From an uncultured delta proteobacterium (GTDB lineage: Bacteria; Desulfobacterota; Desulfobacteria; Desulfobacterales; SG8-13), in assembly GCA_963848135.1 (NCBI GenBank), contig CAWKCK010000005.1, forward strand, positions 558,001-622,000: DNA of 64,000 nt, in the 5' to 3' direction. The translations under genes were made by a program, and so were the position numbers. Positions 1 to 10,708 of this stretch are shown here, in pieces. The number at the start of each line of letters is the position of its first letter. The first letter of the stretch is position 1. The notes under the pieces are model-generated. The model was given only the letters and a program-made list of their open reading frames with translations. It did no database searches and was not told the origin of the DNA.

Positions 1-1
1 C

Positions 2-112
2 GGCAGCGATCAGCCGGCGTGGATCGTCTACGCCGAATCCAGGGGAGCAAACCTGATTATCCGCATAAATGGCGGCATATACACATTCATGTTTATTAAA
101 TTGTCCGGATAA
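2..112 (+). CDS. 3' end of a small protein, possibly AF1514-like (truncated by window edge)
   Basis: Frame 2 reads GSDQPAWIVYAESRGANLIIRINGGIYTFMFIKLSG* (TAA 110-112); resembles the AF1514-family C-terminus from memory. Confidence 0.45.
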   Translation, partial: GSDQPAWIVYAESRGANLIIRINGGIYTFMFIKLSG

Positions 113-259
113 ATAGCCTCAGGTTAGCAGACCCGGCCCGGCCGCTTTCATTGCGGCACAAAATCACCACAAGACCCAAATATAGCATCAAAAGCTCTTT
201 GGGGCTCACGAGTTATGACAATATCTTGGAGCGTAGGCATGCAACAGGCTTTAGGGGTT

Positions 260-613
260 TTACTTTGGCCCTTCCCGTTTTCTCTTCTGAGGATAAACGT
301 CTTTTAACTGGTCGATCCATGTTTTCTTCCACAACTTGATTCCGGAATAGTAGGCTGCACGACCGATGAGGTGGGCCGCTACCGGCGCTGTCAGCAATAA
401 GAAGACAATCGCGACCAGGGCCCGTAAGGTGATCCCGATCTCCTGATAAAAGGCAGCAACGGCAATCAGTATCAGTCCGGTCCCGAGCGTTCCGGCTTTG
501 GTAGCGGCGTGCATACGCGTTAGTGTGTCAGGTAGTCTGAGCATACCGAGTGCGGCAACGAAGGAAAAAAAGCTTCCCGCTAACATCAGAATGGAAGTCA
601 CCCATTCACTCAT
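260..613 (-). CDS. mrpG: Multisubunit Na+/H+ antiporter subunit G
   Basis: RLPD..TRMHAATK and APVAAH motifs; last gene of operon; start taken at MSEW. Confidence 0.93.
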   Translation of the reverse strand: MSEWVTSILMLAGSFFSFVAALGMLRLPDTLTRMHAATKAGTLGTGLILIAVAAFYQEIGITLRALVAIVFLLLTAPVAAHLIGRAAYYSGIKLWKKTWIDQLKDVYPQKRKREGPK

Positions 614-932
614 TTTCTTCTCTACCATGTTGTGGTTTTTTTCTGACTATTTTTGCCGAACGCATCAGAAATCGAGAAAGCGCAACAGTCCCCAAAAAAG
701 CAATCAAAGCATAGGCGATGGCGACATCCAGGAACGATGTTTCACTGGCATAAATTGAATAGGCCGCCAGAAAGGCAACAATAAGAATAGATATCACATC
801 GAGTGCCACGATTCTGTCAGCCGCACCGGGGCCTCTGACGAGGCGAATGAACGCCAGCGCAATACTCAAGAGCAATACAAACAAAGAAATCCGACCGGCC
901 AAGCCGACTATAACATCACTTCCGGGCATCAA
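606..932 (-). CDS. mrpF: Na+/H+ antiporter subunit F
   Basis: RLVRGP..ADRIVALD motif, three hydrophobic segments. Confidence 0.93.
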   Translation of the reverse strand: MMPGSDVIVGLAGRISLFVLLLSIALAFIRLVRGPGAADRIVALDVISILIVAFLAAYSIYASETSFLDVAIAYALIAFLGTVALSRFLMRSAKIVRKKPQHGREENE

Positions 933-1405
933 CGCATCACCTCCAAAACGCGTCTTTCAAGTCCTTCTTTGATTGCACGGCAAGTCTCATCAACGTCTTC
1001 GAGGAACATGACATGCACGTACAGGATCGTTTTGTCTTCGGAGACATCGATACTCAGCGTACCTGGCGTCAAAGAGACCAGGTTCGCCACGAGCGTTATT
1101 TCCAAATTGGTTTTTGCGTCTAAAGGAACCCCGATGATGCCGGGATGGCTGATATGCTTTGGTGTGATCACATCCCACAGGACCCGAAAATTTGAAATAA
1201 AAAGTTCTTTGACAAAATAGCCGATTAAAAGGAGTACCTTTGGCGAGCGTTGAAAGTAGCGTGTATTTCTATACAGTGGTTTGGTCAGCCATAACGCACC
1301 GTAGCCGACGATAAAACCGGAGAGCAGACCGCCGAGAGAAAATTCCCCTAAAACAGCACTGAATCCGATAGCGAGAAAAATGTTCAATAAAAATAAGTCG
1401 ATCAT
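929..1405 (-). CDS. mrpE: Na+/H+ antiporter subunit E
   Basis: ANLVSLTPGTLSID...LYVH motif. Confidence 0.93.
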   Translation of the reverse strand: MIDLFLLNIFLAIGFSAVLGEFSLGGLLSGFIVGYGALWLTKPLYRNTRYFQRSPKVLLLIGYFVKELFISNFRVLWDVITPKHISHPGIIGVPLDAKTNLEITLVANLVSLTPGTLSIDVSEDKTILYVHVMFLEDVDETCRAIKEGLERRVLEVMR

Positions 1406-2901
1406 TTATACCCTAATACAGCATTGTAATACATTTCTGGATGCAAAAGCTCTTTGGCCGTTTGCTCGGCTATCGCCACAAATGTTTCGGCCCCGAGGCC
1501 GATCACAACTGTCAACAATGCCAGCCCGGCAATGGGGGTGAGCATCCATTTAGATGGTCTGGCGGATAAAGAAGCCTTTTCGATCTGGATCCCGGCAGGC
1601 GTTGGTTTCCAAAACACTTCCCCCCAAATTTTGGTCATCGAATAAACGGTCAATAAGCCGACAACCGCCGCAATCCCTGCCACCAGATACTGATGGATGT
1701 CGAGGCTGGCACGAATCAACATCATTTTGGCCCAGAAACCGGACAAAGGTGGAAATCCGGCAAGCGAAAATGCCGGGATAAAAAACAATACGGCAACCCA
1801 CTTGTTGGTCCGGTAGATATCACCCAGTCGTGATAATTCGAGCGAGCCTCTTAGTTGCTGAACGACACCGCTGACAAGAAAAAGGTTGGCTTTCACGATG
1901 ATATGATGAATCAAATAAAAAATGGTACCCGCCAGCGCTAAAGAGGTATGGAGTGCCAAACCCAATACCATATACCCCACCTGGCTAATGATGTGAAAAG
2001 ATAATATGCGCCGAAATTCGTTGTGGGATGCTGCCCCCAGCACCCCGGTAATCATCGTGAGGGTTGCAACGATGAGTAACACCGTGATTGGGTATTGCAT
2101 ATCGACGGTAAAAATCAGTGTGAACATTCTTATCAGTGCATAAACACCAACCTTGGTCAATAAGCCCGCAAAGATCGCCGACACGGCAATCGGCGGTGTA
2201 TGGTAGGCGGCCGGTAGCCAAAAAAAGAGCGGAAAGAGCGCAGATTTGATACCGAATGCCACCATGAAGATCATTGCAACAGCCGTGAGTATCCCCTGAT
2301 CTTCAATCGATTGAATCTGTACATGCAGATCGGCCATATTCAGCGTTCCGGTCAACCCGTATAGCAGACCGATGCCGGTTATCAATAACAACGTGGAAAA
2401 GAGATTGATGACAACATATTTCACACCGCCATCGAGTTGACGCCTGTCCTGACCCAAGACAAGAAGTCCAAAAGATGCCATCAACATGACTTCGAACCAG
2501 ACATAGAGATTGAAAAGATCTCCGGTTAAAAACGCGCCGCAAATACCCCCTACCAAAGCCTGAAGCAATGGATAGTAGCCACGGTTTGTAAGAGACGGAC
2601 CAATGTCGGCTCGGGAATAAACCACCACAGATAGGTTGATGATAGCGGTGATCGCAAGCATAATCGCACTTAAGTGGTCGGCGACAAGAGTAATACCAAA
2701 AGGTGCCGGCCAATTTCCTATCTGTGACGCAAGAATACCATTGTGGTGAACCTCAAAAAAAACCATGCCACAGACAAAGGCATGCAATGCGGCACTGCTT
2801 AACACGATATTGAGGGTAATCTTCCCTTTCGTTTTCAGCAGTAAAATCGTAACGGCCGTTGCAAACGGAAGAATTATGGGCCATACCAGAATACTGCTCA
2901 T
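1402..2901 (-). CDS. mrpD: Na+/H+ antiporter subunit D
   Basis: GNWPAPFGI, DLFNLYVWFEV, WLPAAY, GFPPLSGF motifs. Confidence 0.95.
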   Translation of the reverse strand: MSSILVWPIILPFATAVTILLLKTKGKITLNIVLSSAALHAFVCGMVFFEVHHNGILASQIGNWPAPFGITLVADHLSAIMLAITAIINLSVVVYSRADIGPSLTNRGYYPLLQALVGGICGAFLTGDLFNLYVWFEVMLMASFGLLVLGQDRRQLDGGVKYVVINLFSTLLLITGIGLLYGLTGTLNMADLHVQIQSIEDQGILTAVAMIFMVAFGIKSALFPLFFWLPAAYHTPPIAVSAIFAGLLTKVGVYALIRMFTLIFTVDMQYPITVLLIVATLTMITGVLGAASHNEFRRILSFHIISQVGYMVLGLALHTSLALAGTIFYLIHHIIVKANLFLVSGVVQQLRGSLELSRLGDIYRTNKWVAVLFFIPAFSLAGFPPLSGFWAKMMLIRASLDIHQYLVAGIAAVVGLLTVYSMTKIWGEVFWKPTPAGIQIEKASLSARPSKWMLTPIAGLALLTVVIGLGAETFVAIAEQTAKELLHPEMYYNAVLGYK

Positions 2902-3299
2902 TCCTGCCCACCCGCTTTCTGAGCTGATGCCGCCATGTCTTTCGTGCCATCAATCGGTTCGGCAAAACGCATCATTTCGGTATCCACGGTCCCAGTTTCC
3001 TGATAAGCGCGATAGAACAAAACGAAAATAAACGATACAAGTGCAAACCCGATAACAATGGCCGTCAAGACGAGCGCTTGCGGAAGCGCGTTGGCCATCG
3101 GCTCCACGGGCAGCGTGCTTGCTTCGGGGATCAATGGTGGGCGGTTATTGGACAATCCGCCTACTGTAAATATCAACAGATTAATGGCATTGCTGATCAG
3201 TACCAACCCGAAGATAAATCGGATAAGGTTACGTCCCAGCATAAGGTAGATGCTGCCGGCAACCATAATCCCTACTAAAAAGGCACAAACCGTTTCCAT
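2898..3299 (-). CDS. mrpC: Na+/H+ antiporter subunit C
   Basis: LPQALVLTAIVIGF motif. Confidence 0.95.
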   Translation of the reverse strand: METVCAFLVGIMVAGSIYLMLGRNLIRFIFGLVLISNAINLLIFTVGGLSNNRPPLIPEASTLPVEPMANALPQALVLTAIVIGFALVSFIFVLFYRAYQETGTVDTEMMRFAEPIDGTKDMAASAQKAGGQE

Positions 3300-3300
3300 G

Positions 3301-3714
3301 TCAATTTTCTTCCAGCGCTAAAACAAGTGTTAATAGGGTTCCCAAAACCGTCAGAAATACGCCGATATCGAAAATTAAAGGGGTTCCGATGGCCAGGGCC
3401 TTTGACTGTCCATTGGGCGCTATCCACCATAAACCTGTCAGAAAGGGCCGGCCAGCCAGCCAGCCGGCAAAACCGCATAGGATTGCCAATCCGAGACCGA
3501 ACATGGCCATTCGTTCCGGGTCGATGCGAATCGCGGCTCTTACAACCGAAGGGCCCTCGGAAATCGCTGCGAGGGCGAACCCCGTGCCGGCCACCAGGGC
3601 AGCCACAAATCCTCCACCGGGGGCGTTGTGACCACGAAACAACAGATAGACTGCAAAAACAAGTATCAATCCGACCAACAGACGAGTGGCGACTTTTAGG
3701 ATCACAGAGTGCAT
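3301..3714 (-). CDS. mrpB: Na+/H+ antiporter subunit B
   Basis: RGHNAPGGGF and FDIGV motifs. Confidence 0.95.
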   Translation of the reverse strand: MHSVILKVATRLLVGLILVFAVYLLFRGHNAPGGGFVAALVAGTGFALAAISEGPSVVRAAIRIDPERMAMFGLGLAILCGFAGWLAGRPFLTGLWWIAPNGQSKALAIGTPLIFDIGVFLTVLGTLLTLVLALEEN

Positions 3715-5972
3715 TATTCTTCCCTCTGGGTTCGAATCAAGGCGTAAGCGGCCAACCCGGCAATGGCCACCACAGTAATTTCACCCAGCGTGTCCAAGCT
3801 TCGAAAATCGACCAGAATCACGTTGACGATGTTGCGCCCATGGGCGGCAATGTAGCTGTTAGATTCGAAAAAATCGGTCACATATCGATCCAGGTCGCGA
3901 TGGATGACAGCCAAAACGAGAGCAGTGATCAGAGCGCCGGTGGCAGACGCAATGCCGAAATTCACAAATTTCGTTGAAGAATTCCTGTTCTTCGGCGGCT
4001 TGATGCGCGGCAATCGCAGAAGCACAAGCGAGACGATGATAACCGTCAATGTTTCAATCAATAGTTGGGTCAACGCCACGTCAGGCGCACCGAAGATCAA
4101 AAAAAGCATGGCAATTCCAGCGCCGATGACACCCAATCCGCAAATAGCGAGAAGCCGCGATCTTGCCAATACCACTATAATGACGGCAGCTGCGATAATA
4201 ATAGCCAGCAGCGATTCTGTTTGAGTGATAACCGAAATATCGAAGCGACCAAATGGAGGAAGATCTTTCAGGAACGGCAAGCTGATGCCGATTATCGCCG
4301 ATCCGATGATGACGACCAAGTACCGATGCAATGAACCATTTTGAAGTACGCGGGTTTGCGCTTTGGCGAACCAGGCGATGGCATCGAGGGTAAAATGATA
4401 AACACGTTCCGCCTTTACAGGCAGGTAACCAAACATCTTTTCGAGTCCCTGCCGAATCGGTCGACGGGCAAAGTACAGCGTTGTTCCGAGACAGAGAGTG
4501 AGGATACTCAGAAGCAACGGTTCGTTGATTCCATGATATAATTCTAATTTGATGTCTTCTGTGGTCCAATGAAAGGCCCTCACCGCCGGTTCGATCAGCC
4601 AATGGGCGACCCACTGGGGTACGATTCCGAATAGAATCCCCAGGCATCCCAGGATAACCGGACCCATCCACATAGCCGAAGGGGCTTCCTTGGGGGCAAA
4701 AGGCGTCTTTCTCAACGGCCCCAAAAATGTTCTGATGGTTATAATACCGGCCACCGCTGTCATCATTGCATTGGACAGCACAGCAGCAGTCGTCGCAAAT
4801 ACAGGAAACATATCCTCTGTCAAAGCGCCTTTGTACAAAATCTCTTTGCCAATAAATCCGAAAAAGAGAGGAAACCCGGCCATCGAAAGAGCAGCGGCGG
4901 CCGCGGCGAAAGCCGTAATCGGCAATGGTTTGAATAAGCCACCGATGTCCGCCAACTGACGTGTTCCCGTTTGGTGATCGATAATACCGACAACCAAAAA
5001 AAGAGAAGACTTGTAAAGCGAATGAACTAAGAAAAAAGTCATCGCGGCAGTCAATGCAGGCGTCGTTTTTCCACCCAAAAACATGGTGAGTATGCCTAAT
5101 GCCATTACCGTCGTATACGCCAGTATTCGTTTTAGATCAGTTTGAACCAGCGCCTGTACCGAACCGATGAGAGCGGTAATACCACCGATAACAACCAGGG
5201 TGCCCATCCAGGGAATCGTACCGCCTAAAATCGGATGTAAGCGAGCCAGCAGGTAAATGCCCGCCTTGACCATGGTCGCCGAATGGAGAAAAGCACTGAT
5301 CGGTGTGGGAGCGCTCATAGCGTTGGGAAGCCAGAAATGAAAGGGGAATTGCGCTGATTTCGTAAATGCACCGAGAAACACCAGGATGAGAATGGCGATG
5401 TATAGCGGATGTTGCTGTATCAAGCCGGCATGCAGCGACAAATTGGTGAGGACATAAGTGTCACTAACGATCCCAATCAGTAAAACACCGATCAAGAGCG
5501 CCAGTCCGCCAGTTCCGGTAACAAGCAAGGCTTGCCTCGCGTTGGTTCGGGCCACATCCGATTCATGTTCGAACCCGATCAGAAGATATGATAAAAGCGT
5601 CGTCAACTCCCAAAAAACGAACAATGCCATCAGGTTGTCCATTAAAACCAACCCGAGCATTGCCAGCATGAATCCATGCAGGTAGAAATAAAACCGTCCG
5701 GCCTGGGGATGATCGCCCAGATACGCAGCGGCATACAAACCGACAAAAAAGCCGACGCAACTGATCACGAGTGCAAACAGCAGGCTCAAGCCATCGATAA
5801 CGATCGACAATTGGATTCCCAAGCTGGGAATCCAGTTTACAGTGACATGGTAAACGTGTCCGACGACGACCTCAGGCAAGAGGTAGATAAACAGGCAGAA
5901 AAAACCAAGAGGGATCGAACTGGTGATCAGTCCGATCCAGAATGTTTGTGTATTTCTATCCGCAGCAACCAT
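3714..5972 (-). CDS. mrpA: Na+/H+ antiporter subunit A
   Basis: KSAQFPFHFWLP, SAFLHSATMVKAG, NVILVDFRSLDTLGE motifs. Confidence 0.95.
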   Translation of the reverse strand: MVAADRNTQTFWIGLITSSIPLGFFCLFIYLLPEVVVGHVYHVTVNWIPSLGIQLSIVIDGLSLLFALVISCVGFFVGLYAAAYLGDHPQAGRFYFYLHGFMLAMLGLVLMDNLMALFVFWELTTLLSYLLIGFEHESDVARTNARQALLVTGTGGLALLIGVLLIGIVSDTYVLTNLSLHAGLIQQHPLYIAILILVFLGAFTKSAQFPFHFWLPNAMSAPTPISAFLHSATMVKAGIYLLARLHPILGGTIPWMGTLVVIGGITALIGSVQALVQTDLKRILAYTTVMALGILTMFLGGKTTPALTAAMTFFLVHSLYKSSLFLVVGIIDHQTGTRQLADIGGLFKPLPITAFAAAAAALSMAGFPLFFGFIGKEILYKGALTEDMFPVFATTAAVLSNAMMTAVAGIITIRTFLGPLRKTPFAPKEAPSAMWMGPVILGCLGILFGIVPQWVAHWLIEPAVRAFHWTTEDIKLELYHGINEPLLLSILTLCLGTTLYFARRPIRQGLEKMFGYLPVKAERVYHFTLDAIAWFAKAQTRVLQNGSLHRYLVVIIGSAIIGISLPFLKDLPPFGRFDISVITQTESLLAIIIAAAVIIVVLARSRLLAICGLGVIGAGIAMLFLIFGAPDVALTQLLIETLTVIIVSLVLLRLPRIKPPKNRNSSTKFVNFGIASATGALITALVLAVIHRDLDRYVTDFFESNSYIAAHGRNIVNVILVDFRSLDTLGEITVVAIAGLAAYALIRTQREE

Positions 5973-5989
5973 TTAACGTATTTTTTGTC

Positions 5990-6817
5990 CTACTGGGCCA
6001 GAAAGAGAGGGCGATCAGCGTTTTGAATCGTATTGAGGGCAGCGTCTCCAAGAAGGTGGCGAAACAGCAAGCTCCGTATACTGTTACCCATAACGATAAG
6101 ATCATAGTCGTTCTTTTGGGCATAATCGATTATACCGTTTTTGGCCGAACCTGCGGCCACGTCGGTTTCGGTTTCAAATCCGTGAGCACGGCAATATTCG
6201 CTGGCCGCTTCCAACCGGTTGACTGCATGGCTGTTTTTTTCTCCGAAATAGACAACTCTCAATCTCACGTTCGGCCATGGTCGTGATTGAACGTAGCGGC
6301 GCATCGCCTTTGCGGATTCCATGGAACCGCTGTATGCGATCAGCACCTTTCGAATCTCACGATACTCGGGTGACACCGCAATAATCGGGCGTACACCTTG
6401 TGACACAAGCCTTATCAGTGTATCCCGCGGTTCAGGTGTAAAGCCGTAATCGAAAAGGCTTCTTAGTCCGAAAATGGTCAGATCGTTGTAACGGGCATGG
6501 GAAATCATCAACTCGAAGGGGTCTCCGGCTTCACGTTCAATTTTGTACGTGATGTCGGCATCCTGGCATGTTTTCTCGAACTTTGCGAGAGCCTCTTCAA
6601 CCCGCTCTTCAGTTAAATCGGTTCGCATCTTGCGAAGCTTTTTCGCATAGGCTCCGGCTCCCATAGGTACCGGCCCGAGATGCTGAAGACGTTTGAAATC
6701 GACGACGGTAACACCCGTGAGAACAGAACCATGAATAGTCGCAAGTTCAATCGCCCTTTGAATGGCGACGTCCGTGAATATCGTCCCGCCTATACCGACA
6801 AGAATGCGTTTGATCAT
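5990..6817 (-). CDS. Tandem-domain universal stress protein
   Basis: Two USP-like halves (IKRILVG..., KVLIAYSGS...DLIVMG...RPLFLA); AGGAG upstream of MIKRIL. Confidence 0.88.
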   Translation of the reverse strand: MIKRILVGIGGTIFTDVAIQRAIELATIHGSVLTGVTVVDFKRLQHLGPVPMGAGAYAKKLRKMRTDLTEERVEEALAKFEKTCQDADITYKIEREAGDPFELMISHARYNDLTIFGLRSLFDYGFTPEPRDTLIRLVSQGVRPIIAVSPEYREIRKVLIAYSGSMESAKAMRRYVQSRPWPNVRLRVVYFGEKNSHAVNRLEAASEYCRAHGFETETDVAAGSAKNGIIDYAQKNDYDLIVMGNSIRSLLFRHLLGDAALNTIQNADRPLFLAQ

Positions 6818-7286
6818 AACAGGTATTCTCCTGAAGTTGATTTTGAAACGTGTTGTCACGGCATTGAGATGCAATCCGTGCGAGATCTTTCGCCTGTCAA
6901 CTTAAATTTAGTCTTTCGAAGACCTTTATTTCCAAACGACTAAGTAAGATCTTATACCGATTGTCCGTCGGATTGCAAAGCCGCCATGTATTTAGGAACA
7001 ATTTTCAATGAATATAACTGCAAAGGTCCGCCGATCAAGACCCATCCCACACATTTTCGCCATTATTTCGGCAACAAATAATCGAACCATTACTTTTTTA
7101 GACCTGGCGCTGGATTTTTCATAAAGATTTCGGCCGGCAACTGAAAAACCGGCCTTAAAATTATTCTTTGGAAAAGATGGAAAGAAAAAAGGGGCGACCG
7201 TGCCCTGGTCTGCCAAACGTTTCAGTGTCGATAAGAGGACCTGCGGCTTCGCCGGTTCGGCCGGAAAGTACCGAATTTCCTCGGGA

Positions 7287-8285
7287 CTAAGGATTCAAAA
7301 CTGCGCCCAGTTTCGCCAGGCTCTCTTTGCAGCCGACGATGATGAGCGTATCGCCGATAGAGATTCGGGTATCGGCCGAGGGATTGAAACAGAGTTCGCC
7401 ATCCTCACTAACGATGGAAAGGATTATCAGGTTAAATGACTGGCGTATGCCCGATTCCTTAAGAGGCACGCCAACGAGCCCCGACGATGCGCCCACGGTG
7501 ATCTCTTCGATATGGATGTCGGTGGCCTCGTCCGCAAAGGCCAATTCGAGGAATCGGATGACATTGGGCCGAAGTATGGCGTGCGCCATTCTTCGGGCCC
7601 CGATGTCGAACGGTGATACGACCACGTCGGCCCCGGCGGCAGACAGCGGTTTCTTTATGGTGTTTTGGCTCGCCCGGGCCACAACCTTGATCTGAGGATT
7701 CAATCCCTTGGCCAGCAAAACGAGAAAGACATTGTCGGGGTCGGTACCGAGGGCCGTGATTAAATGGGATGCTTTTTTGATGCCGGTTTTGAGAAGGTTC
7801 GACTCCTCGGTCGCTCCCCCGGCGAGGTAAAGAATGCCATCTTCATTCATGATCGGGATACGTTCGGTGTTACTCTCGATGACCACAAACGCAAGGTGCT
7901 TCTCTGTGAGATAGCGGCAAAACGCGCGCCCCATCCTTCCGTATCCGCAGACGATGAAGTGATTGCTTAATTGACTTATTTGCTTGTCCAATTTGCGCCT
8001 CCCCAAGATAAGCCGGATGCGTCCTTCCACTAAAAACTGCACCACATTGCCGATGATGTAGAGAAACAGACTGGCCCCCAGCACGATGAGGACCAACGTA
8101 AATATGCGTCCGTTTTGGCTGATCTCGCGAATTTCACCATAACCGACCGTAGAATAGGTGATCAGCGTCATGTAGAGTGAATCCAGCAGCGGCCACTTCT
8201 CGATCAGCATGTATCCCGCTGTACCGAAAGCAACCATGACCACGCCGAGCAGAATGGTTATGATGAGGTGGGTCGTGCGCTCCAA
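7287..8285 (-). CDS. Potassium channel with RCK (TrkA-N/TrkA-C) domains
   Basis: TVGYG selectivity filter; HFIVCGYGRMG Rossmann motif. Confidence 0.92.
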   Translation of the reverse strand: MERTTHLIITILLGVVMVAFGTAGYMLIEKWPLLDSLYMTLITYSTVGYGEIREISQNGRIFTLVLIVLGASLFLYIIGNVVQFLVEGRIRLILGRRKLDKQISQLSNHFIVCGYGRMGRAFCRYLTEKHLAFVVIESNTERIPIMNEDGILYLAGGATEESNLLKTGIKKASHLITALGTDPDNVFLVLLAKGLNPQIKVVARASQNTIKKPLSAAGADVVVSPFDIGARRMAHAILRPNVIRFLELAFADEATDIHIEEITVGASSGLVGVPLKESGIRQSFNLIILSIVSEDGELCFNPSADTRISIGDTLIIVGCKESLAKLGAVLNP

Positions 8286-8480
8286 AAGGCCGTCCGATAT
8301 CGATTGTTTACAGCGTATCTATAAAGATAAGACAAATCCCATCTTTTTCCATTTAATGATATACGAGAAGCTATTCCAGCACAATGCCGAATTTCTCCCA
8401 TTTTTTTCTAATTGTTCTGGAGAATATACAGCGTGCTGGTGTCCAGATTAAACAAGGCGGGTGAGCGGTTTTTTTAATGG

Positions 8481-9494
8481 TTAGAATTGCCTCACCACAG
8501 GCATGGGAGTCCAAATTCGTTTCCAGATCAAAATCAGTTGGCGCCAATCCCGGCGAGTCTTCAATTTTTCATCCTTGACGGGCAGAGGGTGCGGATTCGC
8601 TGCTTTCGCGACCTTGAAACGAAAGACATAATCCGGCTCTGAGCCCATACGCAGGTCGGTAACCACAACGCCTTCTCCTTCCATAGACAGGGCATAATAC
8701 CCCCTGGTGAACCACCGCAGCTTGGCAACTGGCGGGTGTTCCTCCAATCCCCGGATTAATTCGAGATTTCTGGGGTAATGGTCGATAGAAAGTGGCGCAT
8801 CGCCATCGAATATCGAAAAATAGGTTTCGAAATACCGGTCCTGATCAATACCCACAAACCGCCACAAAAAGGTGTTAAAAGGGGCCGGTGTGGAGATGAG
8901 CTGGCTGTAAGGAACGTTTTGGCGCGCAAGCTTGTGTTTGACTCTTTGTTCCACAAACTCCCTGGCGCCAAAGGCCCAGACCAAATAGACCATGCTGAGA
9001 ACCAGGCCGACCGTGTTTAATCGATGTCCCAGGGACGTTTTCCTGGTCAGCACTAGCGCCGCCATAGAACCGAATAGAAAAGGCAAGGTAAAAAATGGGT
9101 CGATAATAAAAAAAATCGGCCAGGCCAATGGTGTGGGATTAAAAGGCCACAGGACCTGAGTCCCGTATACCGTCAGGAAATCTAGCAGGACGCTGGTTTC
9201 CAAAACAAGAAAGGTCAGAAATAACCACCTGTTGAAATACATCTTGGTAGAGGGGTGTAATTTGGTGATCAGCCAGGCCAAGAGCGGTGAGAGCAGGGCG
9301 AGAAGGAATAGGGAATGGCTGAACCCGCGGTGGTAGACAAAATCGTCGACCGGTCCGCCAAGGGGGATAAAAACGTCCAGATCGGGAAGGGTCCCTAAAA
9401 CAGCACCCCAAAACAAGGCTTTCCGGCCAACCTTGGGGCCAAGAACAGCTTCGCCCAAAGCGGCACCAAAAGTCATTTGTGTTACAGAATCCAA
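8481..9494 (-). CDS. Membrane-bound metal-dependent hydrolase (YdjM-like)
   Basis: MDSVTQ start; LPDLD, HRGFSHS, LDFLTVYGT motifs. Confidence 0.88.
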   Translation of the reverse strand: MDSVTQMTFGAALGEAVLGPKVGRKALFWGAVLGTLPDLDVFIPLGGPVDDFVYHRGFSHSLFLLALLSPLLAWLITKLHPSTKMYFNRWLFLTFLVLETSVLLDFLTVYGTQVLWPFNPTPLAWPIFFIIDPFFTLPFLFGSMAALVLTRKTSLGHRLNTVGLVLSMVYLVWAFGAREFVEQRVKHKLARQNVPYSQLISTPAPFNTFLWRFVGIDQDRYFETYFSIFDGDAPLSIDHYPRNLELIRGLEEHPPVAKLRWFTRGYYALSMEGEGVVVTDLRMGSEPDYVFRFKVAKAANPHPLPVKDEKLKTRRDWRQLILIWKRIWTPMPVVRQF

Positions 9495-9883
9495 CGTGGG
9501 TTCCTCGTAACTGTAGTGAAAATTGATAGAATTTCTAATTATAGGTGAGACTTTTAATCCTGGTTGTCAACTCCCCTACCTACCCATTATTAGGTTGGTG
9601 TCAAGCATTCAAATTTTTCTCCGCGTCCCTCAAGTGAGATCAGCGTATCAGCGCCGTTTGATATCAATTTGACCATACGGATGACTTTTTTCTTATTTGC
9701 CACTGATCCTTTCGAACGAACCGCACATTAAAACGGATATCATTGGCTTCTGCCCCCTGATGAAGCGAAATTTACAAATGGTTAAATAGATATTATCTTC
9801 TAACTCATCTTAAGTGTTATTCGCCTGTGGTATCGAATCTTATTCGGCTTTATTCGCAAATATTTTTAGCAGGAGGAAAAACA

Positions 9884-10066
9884 ATGAGCAGTTCCGGGAA
9901 AGAAACCTTTGTAAGGGTAACGGATGGTACTGGCAACGAGTTTATTTGTCCAATAGGCGCACTCAAGGACAAGGCTGCTGCCACCAAAGAAGAGCTTGAA
10001 AATTGTGTGGACGACGGTGTGGTCGGTCGCTACGCCTCAAACATCGACATCGAGGACGTCAAGTGA
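9884..10066 (+). CDS. Small acidic hypothetical protein (60 aa)
   Basis: AGGAGG RBS before ATG 9884; stop overlaps the next start (GTGA). Confidence 0.8.
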   Translation: MSSSGKETFVRVTDGTGNEFICPIGALKDKAAATKEELENCVDDGVVGRYASNIDIEDVK

Positions 10067-10702
10067 CGCGACCGCTGTTCATCAAATTCTTATTGATCCC
10101 ACTGGTGATGACATATTTTACCTTGTTAGAAAGAAGTGCCGTGGCCATCGAAGAGGTGCCTTACATCCTTATCGAGCAGGACGGGGAATTTTCGCTTCGG
10201 GAATACCCACCCCATATTGTGGCCGAAACCACCGTCGACGGCTCGTTCGACCACGTCGGCAGCGAAGGCTTCCGCCGCCTGGTAGCCTATATCAACGGCG
10301 AGAATCGTAAGAAGCAATCCATCGCCATGACCGCGCCGGTTAAACAGGAAGCCCAGGCCGAAAATATTGCCATGACCGCTCCGGTTAAGCAGGAAAAAAT
10401 AGGCGACAGCTGGCGCATCACTTTCGTCATGCCTGCGAAATACGCGCTTGACGCGCTTCCCGAGCCTATCGACTCCCGCGTGTCGATAAGTACAGGAACC
10501 CAAACGCCTGATTGCCGTTGTGCGCTATTCAGGTACCTGGAGCCGCAAGCGCTATATAAAACACGAGAAGCAGTTGCTGGAATGGATCAAAAATCGGGGC
10601 TTAAGGCAGACCTCAGAACCGGTGTGGGCAAGATACAACCCGCCATTCATGCCCTGGTTTCTGCGGCGTAACGAGGTATTGATACCGGTAGATCCCTTAT
10701 AA
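10063..10702 (+). CDS. SOUL heme-binding family protein (frameshift near 10489)
   Basis: GFRRLVAYING, IAMTAPV twice, FVMP in one frame; ARYNPPF..LRRNEV in another; removing one base joins them. Confidence 0.88.
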
Positions 10703-10708
10703 CTGCAT

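Noticed and set aside
7239..7290. Possible remnant of a dispersed repeat after the K+ channel gene
   Set aside because: No second copy or clear inverted partner in the window
9757..9770. CTGATGA..GAAA hammerhead-like core
   Set aside because: No stem II with the G-C closing pair and no stem I pairing
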